Numbered from the stretch's first letter, positions 25,299 to 39,018 are shown. The stretch: 64,000 nt of DNA from Nemertoderma westbladi (GCA_032718475.1 JAUCBJ010005732.1:11892-75891); one strand, 5' to 3'. Made by a program: numbers and translations. Notes: generated by a model from the letters alone, not told the origin.

Positions 25299-28200
25299 GG
25301 TAGGCTTACTCACACATTTATTTAACAAGGCTGGTAGGCTTACTCACATATTTATTTAACAAAGGCTGGTAGGCTTACTCACACATTTATTTAACAAAGG
25401 CTGGTAGGCTTACTCACACATTATTTAACAAGGCTGGTAGGCTTACTCACATATTTATTTAACAAAGGCTGGTAGGCTTACTCACACATTTATTTAACAA
25501 AGGCTGGTAGGCTTACTCACACATTTATTTAACAAAGGCTGGTAGGCTTACTCACACATTTATTTAACAAGGCTGGTAGGCTTACTCACACATTTATTTA
25601 ACAAAGGCTGCTGGTAGGCTTACTCACACATTTATTTAACAAAGGCTGGTAGGCTTACTCACACATTTATTTAACAAAGGCTGGTAGGCTTACTCACACA
25701 TTTATTTAACAAAGGCTGGTAGGCTTACTCACACATTTATTTAACAAAGGCTGGTAGGCTTACTCACACATTTATTTAACAAAGGCTGGTAGGCTTACTC
25801 ACACATTTATTTAACAAAGGCTGGTAGGCTTACTCACACATTTATTTAACAAAGGCTGGTAGGCTTACTCACACATTTATTTAACAAAGGCTGGTAGGCT
25901 TACTCACACATTTATTTAACAAGGCTGGTAGGCTTACTCACATATTTATTTAACAAAGGCTGGTAGGCTTACTCACACATTTATTTAACAAAGGCTGGTA
26001 GGCTTACTCACACATTTATTTAACAAAGGCTGGTAGGCTTACTCACACATTTATTTAACAAAGGCTGGTAGGCTTACTCACACATTTATTTAACAAAGGC
26101 TGGTAGGCTTACTCACACATTTATTTAACAAAGGCTGGTAGGCTTACTCACACATTTATTTAACAAAGGCTGGTAGGCTTACTCACACATTTATTTAACA
26201 AAGGCTGGTAGGCTTACTCACACATTTATTTAACAAAGGCTGGTAGGCTTACTCACACATTTATTTAACAAAGGCTGGTAGGCTTACTCACACATTTATT
26301 TAACAAAGGCTGGTAGGCTTACTCACACATTTATTTAACAAAGGCTGGTAGGCTTACTCACACATTTATTTAACAAAGGCTGGTAGGCTTACTCACACAT
26401 TTATTTAACAAAGGCTGGTAGGCTTACTCACACATTTATTTAACAAAGGCTGGTAGGCTTACTCACACATTTATTTAACAAAGGCTGGTAGGCTTACTCA
26501 CACATTTATTTAACAAAGGCTGGTAGGCTTACTCACACATTTATTTAACAAAGGCTGGTAGGCTTACTCACACATTTATTTAACAAAGGCTGGTAGGCTT
26601 ACTCACACATTTATTTAACAAAGGCTGGTAGGCTTACTCACACATTTATTTAACAAAGGCTGGTAGGCTTACTCACACATTTATTTAACAAAGGCTGGTA
26701 GGCTTACTCACACATTTATTTAACAAAGGCTGGTAGGCTTACTCACACATTTATTTAACAAAGGCTGGTAGGCTTACTCACACATTTATTTAACAAAGGC
26801 TGGTAGGCTTACTCACACATTTATTTAACAAAGGCTGGTAGGCTTACTCACACATTTATTTAACAAAGGCTGGTAGGCTTACTCACACATTTATTTAACA
26901 AAGGCTGGTAGGCTTACTCACACATTTATTTAACAAAGGCTGGTAGGCTTACTCACACATTTATTTAACAAAGGCTGGTAGGCTTACTCACACATTTATT
27001 TAACAAAGGCTGGTAGGCTTACTCACACATTTATTTAACAAAGGCTGGTAGGCTTACTCACACATTTATTTAACAAAGGCTGGTAGGCTTACTCACACAT
27101 TTATTTAACAAAGGCTGGTAGGCTTACTCACACATTTATTTAACAAAGGCTGGTAGGCTTACTCACACATTTATTTAACAAAGGCTGGTAGGCTTACTCA
27201 CACATTTATTTAACAAAGGCTGGTAGGCTTACTCACACATTTATTTAACAAAGGCTGGTAGGCTTACTCACACATTTATTTAACAAAGGCTGGTAGGCTT
27301 ACTCACACATTTATTTAACAAAGGCTGGTAGGCTTACTCACACATTTATTTAACAAAGGCTGGTAGGCTTACTCACACATTTATTTAACAAAGGCTGGTA
27401 GGCTTACTCACACATTTATTTAACAAAGGCTGGTAGGCTTACTCACACATTTATTTAACAAAGGCTGGTAGGCTTACTCACACATTTATTTAACAAAGGC
27501 TGGTAGGCTTACTCACACATTTATTTAACAAAGGCTGGTAGGCTTACTCACACATTTATTTAACAAAGGCTGGTAGGCTTACTCACACATTTATTTAACA
27601 AAGGCTGGTAGGCTTACTCACACATTTATTTAACAAAGGCTGGTAGGCTTACTCACACATTTATTTAACAAAGGCTGGTAGGCTTACTCACACATTTATT
27701 TAACAAAGGCTGGTAGGCTTACTCACACATTTATTTAACAAAGGCTGGTAGGCTTACTCACACATTTATTTAACAAAGGCTGGTAGGCTTACTCACACAT
27801 TTATTTAACAAAGGCTGGTAGGCTTACTCACACATTTATTTAACAAAGGCTGGTAGGCTTACTCACACATTTATTTAACAAAGGCTGGTAGGCTTACTCA
27901 CACATTTATTTAACAAAGGCTGGTAGGCTTACTCACACATTTATTTAACAAAGGCTGGTAGGCTTACTCACACATTTATTTAACAAAGGCTGGTAGGCTT
28001 ACTCACACATTTATTTAACAAAGGCTGGTAGGCTTACTCACACATTTATTTAACAAAGGCTGGTAGGCTTACTCACACATTTATTTAACAAAGGCTGGTA
28101 GGCTTACTCACACATTTATTTAACAAAGGCTGGTAGGCTTACTCACACATTTATTTAACAAAGGCTGGTAGGCTTACTCACACATTTATTTAACAAAGGC

Positions 28201-29640
28201 TGGTAGGCTTACTCACACATTTATTTAACAAAGGCTGGTAGGCTTACTCACACATTTATTTAACAAAGGCTGGTAGGCTTACTCACACATTTATTTAACA
28301 AAGGCTGGTAGGCTTACTCACACATTTATTTAACAAAGGCTGGTAGGCTTACTCACACATTTATTTAACAAAGGCTGGTAGGCTTACTCACACATTTATT
28401 TAACAAAGGCTGGTAGGCTTACTCACACATTTATTTAACAAAGGCTGGTAGGCTTACTCACACATTTATTTAACAAAGGCTGGTAGGCTTACTCACACAT
28501 TTATTTAACAAAGGCTGGTAGGCTTACTCACACATTTATTTAACAAAGGCTGGTAGGCTTACTCACACATTTATTTAACAAAGGCTGGTAGGCTTACTCA
28601 CACATTTATTTAACAAAGGCTGGTAGGCTTACTCACACATTTATTTAACAAAGGCTGGTAGGCTTACTCACACATTTATTTAACAAAGGCTGGTAGGCTT
28701 ACTCACACATTTATTTAACAAAGGCTGGTAGGCTTACTCACACATTTATTTAACAAAGGCTGGTAGGCTTACTCACACATTTATTTAACAAAGGCTGGTA
28801 GGCTTACTCACACATTTATTTAACAAAGGCTGGTAGGCTTACTCACACATTTATTTAACAAAGGCTGGTAGGCTTACTCACACATTTATTTAACAAAGGC
28901 TGGTAGGCTTACTCACACATTTATTTAACAAAGGCTGGTAGGCTTACTCACACATTTATTTAACAAGGTTGGTAGGCTTACTCACACATTTATTTAACAA
29001 AGGCTGCTGGTAGGCTTACTCACACATTTATTTAACAAAGGCTGGTAGGCTTACTCACACATTTATTTAACAAAGGCTGGTAGGCTTACTCACACATTTA
29101 TTTAACAAAGGCTGGTAGGCTTACTCACACATTTATTTAACAAAGGCTGGTAGGCTTACTCACACATTTATTTAACAAAGGCTGGTAGGCTTACTCACAC
29201 ATTTATTTAACAAAGGCTGGTGGTAGGCTTACTCGCACATTTATTTAACAAAGGCTGGTAGGCCTACTCACACATTTATTTAACAAAGGGTGGTAGGCTT
29301 ACTCACACATTTATTTACCAAAGGCTGGTAGGCTTACTCACACATTTATATAACAAAGGCTGGTAGGCTTACTCGCACATTTATTTAACAAAGGCTGGTA
29401 GGCTTACTCACACATTTATATAACAAAGGCTGGTAGGCTTACTCGCACATTTATTTAACAAAGGCTGGTAGGCTTACTCACACATGTATTTAACAATGGC
29501 TGGTAGGCTTACTCGCACATTTATTTAACAAAGGCTGGTAGGCTTACTCACACATTTATTTAACAAAGGCTGGTAGGCTTACTCACACATTTATTTAACA
29601 AGGCTGGTAGGCTTACTCACACATTTATTTAACAAAGGCT
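25299..29640. repeat. 35-bp tandem array (~124 copies) made of the FReD exon 2 / splice-donor junction
   Basis: Unit GGCTGGTAGGCTTACTCACACATTTATTTAACAAA; the minus strand reads AGCCTTTGTTAAATAAATGT|GTGAGTAAGCCTACC, i.e. the last 20 nt of exon 2 plus the first 15 nt of the intron. Confidence 0.97.
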
Positions 29641-29733
29641 TTGGTGGAGCAAGTGGGGGTCTTTTGGTTGTAGTTAGGTCTACATACTCATTTATCTTTG
29701 GTGGAATAAGTTGAATGGCTTCGGCGGAGGAAA
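29621..29733 (-). CDS. FReD gene exon 2 (Pro/Thr-rich linker)
   Basis: Acceptor AATTTAG, donor GTGAGT; 3' part reads IPPKINEYVDLTTTKRPPLAPPKPLLNKC and ends in phase 0, in frame with the FReD exon. A phase mismatch with exon 1 suggests a 1-nt indel. Confidence 0.7.
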
Positions 29734-30009
29734 CTAAATTATTTCGAAAAAGTGACATTTTATATTATTATTATCGTGTAATTTGATGAACTCTGAAGTT
29801 TGAACAGTGTAACTTTATAGATAGGATACGGAGTTGAGACACAGAGAGGTTACAGAAGTCAAATGGGCAAACAGCCAAACGGAATCTTGATTTGCACCAA
29901 TCGTACGATTAGCAGATTTAAACTTTAACAGCAAAAGTTAGTTGTAAGTGTAGTTAGAACTTCAGTGGCTCTACAAACACATTGATTCTACATTAAATAA
30001 CAAACTTAC

Positions 30010-30114
30010 ATTGTCTCTTTCAACCAATTCGGTTAAGTTCCCATGGCTCTCTCCCAGACACTCCACAGCTAAAAGAGCTGCAAGAGTTAAAAGTAGAAGA
30101 GATTACTTGAACAT
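30010..30114 (-). pseudogene. FReD gene exon 1 (signal peptide) with premature stop
   Basis: MFK*SLLLLTLAALLAVECLGESHGNLTELVERDN then donor GTAAGT; TAA at codon 4 (30105-30103). Confidence 0.65.
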
Positions 30115-31992
30115 TTTAGGTAACCGAATACGAAATTGAAGTGAATACAAACTAAAATACAATATTCTGAATGAATATAACGACACAAACACGCCATACT
30201 TAAACAATATAAAACGCAACCTAATAAACATTAAATACCAGCTGCTGCTTAGTGGAAGCAAAGTTGCGCAATGTTAGTAAATGGGGCAGTTTATATGAAT
30301 AAATAATTGGTGTGTTTTATGAAATAAAGTAAAGGGACTGATAGACCAACACAAACTCTCCTACTAAAAAGGTGCCTTAGATACCAGCCGTTACATTTAC
30401 GGATATTGGTTTTGGTGAACTAGCAAAGCCAAAGAGCAACTAATTTATATGAAGAAATACTGTAGCTAGAATTCCTACTTGATGATAGAGGTTGTTTTTT
30501 AACCGCCGTCAAGGTGGAAATTGGCTTTAGCCCTCACTAACTACTATATACACCTCCTCACCCAATACAAAAATCAGGGAATTATGTTGAGAAAGGGGTA
30601 TATTTGGTCGAGATAGGGAATAAGGGGAAGCCGACTATGAGTCCCCCGTTGGTTTCCCATGCTTGCTTTGCTTTATCAATCGGGTCGCGTTTGAGGCTGG
30701 GCTTAATTACTAATTAGTGTATATAATCCTGCATGTAACTTTGTGGAAAGAGAAAAACCAATACTCCAAATAACCCCCCCCCCCCCCCCCCCCCCTCCCC
30801 AATCAGTGTTAATAGGCAAGCTATTAACTGTGATACTGTGACATTCATTTATTGCACGAAATAAATGGTATTTAATACAAGCAAAGCAAGGCTAGTGGAG
30901 TCCAGCTGTTCTCACTGTAATACTATGAGGGAGGGAGGGAGGGACGGTAGCCGACAAAAACCAGCTGTATCGGCCGGCGTTTGTGTTTTCCATAAAACAA
31001 AGACACGTGGGATATTGAGCTGAAAGCAGCAAACAATACTGTAGCTCCAATAGCGCGAGCGGTTACATTACGGCTGCAACGTGGCAATATAATTCTGTGT
31101 GCGCCATTTACAGCTCCACGTCGCTGCCGTTTATACGTCACTGTCGCAGCAGCATTGCATTACATCCTTGACTGTTTCACTGCTGTAGGAAGTTATGTGT
31201 TGGGTTTAATTGCGTCGTTCAATCCGCGGCCTTAATAATGTGGAGTCTGTTACAACGCAACGGCTAGTTGATACAGTGGCACCCCATCTCTGTCAATAAC
31301 AAAATCGAATATTGTTGTTTCTAAGAATAAGTGATAGGGAGTTTTTGCGGCTCAAGTTTGTTGACAAGTCGGCACAGCGTTCTTAATATACAGCATAATG
31401 CAGCATGCCGATCCTAGTACTATCACATTCCCACATTCGAAAACAGCACACCACATTCCCATCTTTCTACATTCATACAATTCATGTTTGGATGAATCCA
31501 GTCTTTCTGTTTGTCTGTCTGTCTGATTTTTTGTCTGGCTGTCTGTCAAAATTTTACAACAGACAATCTAGATTCAGCTAAATATGAAAGCTGACATCAA
31601 AAATTAAATCACCGACAATAAATACCCCCGTAGCTAAAATATTAGCCACGTAGAGAGCTTTCTTATATTTTTACAGACACAGACAGACAAACATACAGAC
31701 AGACATACAGACAGACAGCAGATAGACTGAGAGACAAACAGACAGACAGACATACTAGATTCAGACAAACATGAAAACACAGTGCGTTTAAAACGACTTT
31801 TAGTAATAAAAAATACCCACCCCATATTTTTTTTGAGAACAACCACATGCAAGTTATTTCAGAAAAAAACAAATTTTAAAATATTTCACAGGGCTATTGT
31901 CTTTTAATTAACGATTATAAACTATTATAATCGATTTAGTTGCGGTAGAAACCTCCAAAAAAGAGTAAAACGGTTAGTTCTCGAGATAATTC

Positions 31993-32270
31993 GCAAAAGG
32001 TGTACATATAGAGTTGTTTGTACAAAAAGGTGTACATATAGAGTTGTGTGTACAAAAAGGTGTACATATAGAGTTGTGTGTACAAAAAGGTGTACATATA
32101 GAGTTGTGTGTACAAAAAGGTGTACATATAGAGTTGTGTGTACAAAAAGGTGTACATATAGAGTTGTGTGTACAAAAAGGTGTACATATAGAGTTGTGTG
32201 TACAAAAAGGTGTACATATAGAGTTGTGTGTACAAAAAGGTGTACATATAGAGTTGTGTGTACAAAAAGG
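31993..32270. repeat. 30-bp minisatellite (~9 copies)
   Basis: TACAAAAAGGTGTACATATAGAGTTGTGTG repeated almost perfectly. Confidence 0.95.
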
Positions 32271-32355
32271 CGCACATTGAGCCTAAAGTACACATTTTGT
32301 AGAATATCTCGAGAACTAAGCGCTCTCTAGTCTTATTCTGATGGTTTCTACACAA

Positions 32356-33128
32356 ACCTGCTCCTTTCCCTCATTTGGTAACAACAACGTTTATTGTTTT
32401 GGTTAGAAAAAGCCGTCTACGTAACCTGCTCCTTTCCCTCATTTGGTAACAACAACGTTTATTGTTTTGGTTAGAAAAAGCCGTCTACGTAAACTGCTCC
32501 TTTCCCTCAATTGGTAACAACATCATTTGTTGTCTTGGTTAGAAAAAGCAATCTCTGTAACCTGCTCCTTTCCCTCATTTGGTAACAACAACGTTTATTG
32601 TTTTGGTTAGAAAAAGCCGTCTACGTAAACTGCTCCTTTCCCTCAATTGGTAACAACATAATTTGTTGTCTTGGTTAGAAAAAGCAATCTCTGTAACCTG
32701 CTCCTTTCCCTCAATTGGTAACAACATCGTTTATTGTTTTGGTTAGAAAAAGCTGTCTACGTAAACTGCTCCTTTCCTTCAATTGGTAACAACATCGTTT
32801 ATTGCTTTGGTTAGGAAAAGCAGTCTCTGTAAACTGCTCCTTTCCCTCAATTGGTAACAACATCATTTGTTGTCTTGGTTAGAAAAAGCAATCTCTGTAA
32901 CCTGCTCCTTTCCCTCAATTGGTAACAATATCGTTTATTGTTTTGGTTAGAAAAAGCAATCTCTGTAACCTGCTCCTTTCCCTCTATTGGTAACAACATT
33001 GTTTATTGTTTTGGTTAGAAAAAGCAATCTCTGTAACCTGCTCCTTTCCGTCTATAATAACAACCTCGTTTATTGTTTTGGTTAGAAAAACCCGTCTCTG
33101 TAAACTGCTCCTTTCCCTCAATTGGTAA
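32356..33128. repeat. 69-bp tandem repeat (~11 units), relative of the 5.6-6.9 kb arrays
   Basis: AACCTGCTCCTTTCCCTCAATTGGTAACAACATCGTTTATTGTTTTGGTTAGAAAAAGC... in tandem. Confidence 0.92.
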
Positions 33129-33504
33129 CTAAAATCATTACTACTGTAACATAAATTATTTTTTTTGGGGGGGGGGGGGGGGTAACTGGAAACATTATCT
33201 GAGATGGGGGGGAGGGTAACATGACAGTACCAAATCAGTACCTGATAGAATAAAAACATAAGATTGTAATTAATTATAATCCTGAATATATTATAACGAT
33301 TTATGTAAAATTACCTACGGGGGAACCACGTGGTTCACATAATTGTTTACAAATAATTCGTAACAAAAACAAAAACTTATAAAAACTAACAGCTTCCACA
33401 AATAAATTATTTTATTTATTACAAATTACAATAACAACCACCAAACAATGAGAAATACAATGTAAATAAATAAAACGAAAAGTTTTACGGGAGTTTCGGT
33501 TTAT

Positions 33505-34312
33505 CCCTGCCTGGCCCGGGGCTATTTTTCAACTTAATTGCTCCCGAATTGGTCATTTTAGACATTTTTAGTTTTGGCTCAAAAATTAAAATTTTGATGG
33601 TATAAGGGTCTTCGATGTCACTGGTCACGATGAAACCAGCTATAAATATTTCTGGTAAATGCAAACCTAATTTTGGAGCCATTCTGTTGCCAAGTATGCG
33701 GTTACAAGTAGCACAAAATTTTATACTGATGCACATTTTACCTTTGGTTTGGGAATTTTGAAGATATACTGGTTTTCAAGGTCGCTGATCACGATACAAC
33801 TCGTTAAAAATCATTCGTGGTAACGCAACTATCAATTCTGGTGTTTGTCTGGTGGGACGAAAAATACAAGTAGCATAAAATTTCAAATGGCAAAAATCGA
33901 ATTTGGTTGGATAATACGAATTTTGAGTGACGTATTCGTGATTTCGTGATCAGCGTCCCAGAAAACCCGTAATGTCTAAACATCAGTTTGGTGATTTGGT
34001 GATGATTTTTCATTATTACATTTGCACTACTTGTTTTTTTCGTGCCCCAGGGGGCACAAAAAGTTATATTTGAGTTCAATAATCGCGATCAGTGTCCAAA
34101 GAAACCGCTATATACTGCAAACAAATTAATTTTAGTGAATTATAAAAACTTTTGAAAATTGAAAATTTTGAAAATTTGTTCTATTGGATAGCCCATTAAA
34201 CTTTAGGAAAAGTCACGAAATCTCGGATTAACTAATCAACCTGACACAAAGTTACAACAGATGAATAACAAAAAAAATTATAAAATAACCCCCCCTCCCG
34301 GGCCAAGTAGGA
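33505..34312. mobile_element. Degenerate piggyBac-like MITE
   Basis: CCCTGCCTGGCCCGGG vs reverse complement of right end TCCTACTTGGCCCGGG; flanks TTAT/TTAA. A similar right end (CCCGGG...AGGG|TTAA) lies at ~22700-22726. Confidence 0.48.
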
Positions 34313-34666
34313 TTAAGCGATTCTGCACTGGTATGAAAAAAAAACAACTTTTTATGACCCTCATTTAATAAAACGCGCTATAAAGAGACTTTATTAATAA
34401 TATTTCGTAACAATATCTCGTATTAAATTTGCACTTATTAAAACCTAAATTAATATAATAAATCGTGATTAGTAAGGTAAAATAAATAACATATAATTGA
34501 ATATTTCTGTACAAAGTTTAAATTAATTAACTAAAGAGATAAACTATAGTGAAAAATGAAAATTAATATAAAATAAATAACAATAAATATAAAGTTTTAC
34601 ACAGAGAAACCAAATTAATCAATTATTAAGATCTCCAACAAACTCGTAACTAATATAAACTTGTAA

Positions 34667-36313
34667 GGGGACATGGTACTAGGGATGCGACAGAGCTCCG
34701 GCTCCGGCTCCGGAAATCCGGAGCTCCGGGCCAATTTTCTAGTTCCGGCTCTGGTTCCGGCTTCGGGAAAATTAACCCGGAGCCAATCCGGAGCTTATGT
34801 TGTTGAAATTTGAATTAAAATAATAAGTTTTTCTGATGTATGAATATTGTAAATATCATAATAATTAACATAATAACTCATTAAGTAATTTACAGCTTGT
34901 TTTTTTAAGTTACCGAATAAACCCCCACCCACCCTTGTGAAATTGTTTAAATGTTTAAACAAAAACATTGAAATGATTCAGTTAATTCAATTAATATTCT
35001 TCCCTAATTAAAAATATTAAATACTGTACATGTACTCTCGTTTCGTTCGTCAGTCTATAGAACCCCAATTCCACTGACCCCCACCCCCATCCACAACAGG
35101 TTGGCACTGTTCATGTCGTTTTTTCAGTCGAGAAGGGTGCAGGTTATATAGTGACGGACAGGTATTATTCTAACCAAAACAATAAACGAGACTCGATAGT
35201 CTCCGAGTCGAGACTCCGGCTCCGTCTCCGGCCGAAGCTCATATTGTAACCCGGAGGAACCTCCGGGCTCCGGCTCCGGATGAAATTTTAGCTCTGTCGC
35301 ATCCCTACATGGTACCCTGCCCATTTCCGTAACAAACGTAAGTCGCACAAAGGTACACTTTTTGGATGAACCGCTCAATAAAATTTTATGAAATTTGCAA
35401 CTCGGATACTCGGAACTCGGATAGACCACCTGATCCGGACAAATGTAGAACCTTAAAAAAATCGAAAAAAATTATTTCCGCCAAAAATGAGACCATTTTT
35501 TGAAAATCGCTTGTAATTTTTAAAAAAATTGTACAAATCATCAAAAAAACATTAAGCTTACGAAATATCTGAAATGTTAGAGGTTCCACGGGTAGATAGC
35601 ATTGATGCTGAGAATCAGTGAAAATTACATAAAATTTAATCTGGAAGTTCCTGAGATTTGTGTAATTAAAACCACGAAAAATAACTTTAGAGAAAAAGCC
35701 ATTCAAAGATTTCAAACCTTCCCGCCAAATACCTCTGTTAAGATTTTTAAAATATGTGCCAATAATTCGTAATGAAAGCCAAAAATTTAGCTGTAGGGGT
35801 TTTCATTGTCACTGATTTCATTTCCGATGTCAGTTTTACATTTGAGTGAATCTAGAGTTTCTGTATACTGTATAGTGTATATTTGTCTGTCTGTCGGAAT
35901 GTCAGTCAAAAAATAAGAAAGCCTACCACTAATGTAAAATTATCGCTATATGGGTTTTTATGGTCGGTTCTTTCATTTCTGACGTTAATATTCACGGTTG
36001 ATGAAATCTAGACTGTCTTCGTTCTACTGACAGATATACAGACAGACAGACAAACAAACGGACAGACAAAACTTCTAAATCACATTTAACGTATAAACGG
36101 ACATCAGAAATGAAATCCCTGACTAGGAAATCCCCCATAGCGAAAATTATAATTAGGTGCTGTCCTTCCTTAATTTTTATTTGATGGACAGACAAACCGA
36201 CAGACAAACTGACATTCAAACAACTACGTTTTGTGCTATGACTTTAAGGTTTTTCGGTAATCTACGAATGTTGACATTGATTTTCGTGAAAATTTGCAGA
36301 GCGCCAAGTCACC
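34667..36313. mobile_element. Possible Kolobok-like non-autonomous element
   Basis: After removing the nested MITE, left end GGGGACATGGTACCCTGC vs reverse complement of right end GGTGACTTGGCGCTCTGC; flanks GTAA/TTAA; internal sequence resembles 13600-14400. Confidence 0.42.
34680..35307. mobile_element. hAT-type MITE (628 bp)
   Basis: Perfect 18-bp TIR TAGGGATGCGACAGAGCT; perfect 8-bp TSD CATGGTAC (34672-34679, 35308-35315); subterminal CCGGCT repeats. Confidence 0.92.
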
Positions 36314-37089
36314 TTAATAAATAACTCATTCAGTGTTGGTATATATAAACTAAGAATAAAAATTAAATATATGCCTTGCCTTACTTAACCGACGGCATCT
36401 AGGCACATACAGGTGAACCCATACAGGTGTATAAAACACAAAACACGTAACAAACAAAACCTGCAACCTAAAACAATTTTACCATTTAGGCTTTAAGGAC
36501 ACAAATAAAATATTTTACATCTCCAAACGATAATTATGGCTAGAAATTTGGCAGGTTAACGAAGTACAAATGAATAGACTCACATAAAATTAATAAATAT
36601 ACTTTTTGAAACAATTTTCAATAATAAATATAATAAACCAACATGATTGGTCGCTAAACCAACCAATAGTAACTGAGATACATCGACGATATTGCAGCAA
36701 ATATAGGCAGAGTTCTAAATCAAAATATACAACACGATAAACGCCACTGATTGGATAAAGTTTCCGATATGAAACTATAACAACATCCAATAGGAACAGC
36801 ACAAGTACTACTGCCAATATGTCAGCTAATTGTCTCCGGCTGGAAATAAAATAGATTGAAATGGTAAAATACGAAAATGAAATTAACAACAACAACACCA
36901 ACAACGGAGTGAATAACTAGAGGTCTCGCTACGCGGATCTATAAATTAGAAAAGTGATGAGATGATCAGTGCGACTGCATGCAACAACTAGGTCACCTTT
37001 GTGTTACTGTTTTGAGATTTATGGATCTATACCTGTAACGTTTTCTCATACTATATAACAATAATTAATTACTGATAGATTTTTATACC

Positions 37090-38970
37090 AACCTTACTGG
37101 CAACTGAGTATAAACTAACCTTACTGACAGATAACTGTTTATAAACTAACTTACTGGCAGAGAACTGTTTATAAACTAACCTTACTGAAAGAGAACTGTT
37201 TATAAACTAACCTTACTGGCAGATAACTGTTTATAAACTAACCTTACTGGCAGAGAACTGTTTATAAACTAACTTACTGGCAGAGAACTGTTTATAAACT
37301 AACCTTACTGGCAGATAACTGTTTATAAACTAACTTACTGGCAGAGAACTGTTTATAAACTAACCTTGGCAGATAACTGTTTATAAACTAACCTTACTGG
37401 CAGATAACTGTTTATAAACTAACTTACTGGCAGAGAACTGTTTATAAACTAACCTTGGCAGAGAACTGTTTATAAACTAACCTTACTGACAGAGAACTGT
37501 TTATAAACTAACCTTGCTGGCAGAGAACTGTTTATAAACGAACCTTACTGGCAGATAACTGTTTATAAACTAACCTTACTGGCAGAGAACTGTTTATAAA
37601 CTAACCTTACTGGCAGATAACTGTTTATAAACTAACTTACTGGCAGAGAACTGTTTATAAACTAACCTTGGCAGAGAACTGTTTATAAACTAACCTTACT
37701 GACAGAGAACTGTTTATAAACTAACCTTGCTGGCAGAGAACTGTTTATAAACGAACCTTACTGGCAGATAACTGTTTATAAACTAACCTTACTGACAGAG
37801 AACTGTTTATAAACTAACCTTACTGGCAGAGAACTGTTTATAAACTAACCTTGCTGGCAGAGAACTGTTTATAAACGAACCTTACTGGCAGATAACTGTT
37901 TATAAACTAACCTTACTGAAAGAGAACTGTTTATAAACGAACCTTACTGGCAGATAACTGTTTATAAACTAACCTTACTGAAAGATAACTGTTTATAAAC
38001 GAACCTTACTGGCAGATAACTGTTTATAAACTAACCTTACTGAAAGAGAACTGTTTATAAACTAACCTTACTGGCAGATAACTGTTTATAAACTAACCTT
38101 ACTGGCAGAGAACTGTTTATAAACTAACCTTACTGGCAGATAACTGTTTATAAACTAACTTACTGGCAGAGAACTGTTTATAAACTAACTTTGGCAGAGA
38201 ACTGTTTATAAACTAACCTTACTGACAGAGAACTGTTTATAAACTAACCTTGCTGGCAGAGAACTGTTTATAAACGAACCTTACTGGCAGATAACTGTTT
38301 ATAAACTAACCTTACTGACAGAGAACTGTTTATAAACTAACCTTACTGGCAGAGAACTGTTTATAAACTAACCTTGCTGGCAGAGAACTGTTTATAAACG
38401 AACCTTACTGGCAGATAACTGTTTATAAACTAACCTTACTGAAAGAGAACTGTTTATAAACGAACCTTACTGGCAGATAACTGTTTATAAACTAACCTTA
38501 CTGAAAGATAACTGTTTATAAACTAACCTTACTGACAGAGAACTGTTTATAAACTAACCTTACTGGCAGATAACTGTTTATAAACTAACCTTACTGGCAG
38601 ATAACTGTTTATAAGCTAACCTTACTGGCAGAGAACTGTTTATAAACTAACCTTACTGAAAGAGAACTGTTTATAAACTAACCTTACTGGCAGAGAACTG
38701 TTTATAAACTAACCTTACTGACAGAGAACTGTTTATAAACTAACCTTACTGGCAGAGAACTGTTTATAAGCTAACCTTACTGGCAGAGAACTGTTTATAA
38801 ACTAACCTTACTGGCAGAGAACTGTTTATAAACTAACCTTACTGGCAGATAACTGTTTATAAACTAACCTTACTGGCAGATAACTATTTATAAACTACCT
38901 TACTGGCAGAGAACTGTTTATAAACTAACCTTGGCAGAGAACTGTTTATAAACTAACCTTACTGGCAGAG
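37090..38970. repeat. 31-bp minisatellite (~60 copies)
   Basis: Unit AAACTAACCTTACTGGCAGAGAACTGTTTAT with patterned variants; contains palindrome GTTTATAAAC. Confidence 0.95.
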
Positions 38971-39018
38971 GGAACGATCCAACGGTTATCGATAAGTTTC
39001 CCCGAATGTTCAACGCTC
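38970..39018 (-). pseudogene. Short Helitron Rep-like coding remnant
   Basis: Minus strand reads SVEHSGKLIDNRWIVP, resembling the conserved Helitron Rep motif DNRW(V/I)VPYNP; only 16 codons visible. Confidence 0.42.

Noticed and set aside
25299-29640. CRISPR array (35-bp repeat)
   Set aside because: Units are head-to-tail with no unique spacers, there are no cas genes, and the context is eukaryotic.
31925-32355. Four overlapping repetitive ORFs
   Set aside because: Translations of the 30-bp minisatellite.
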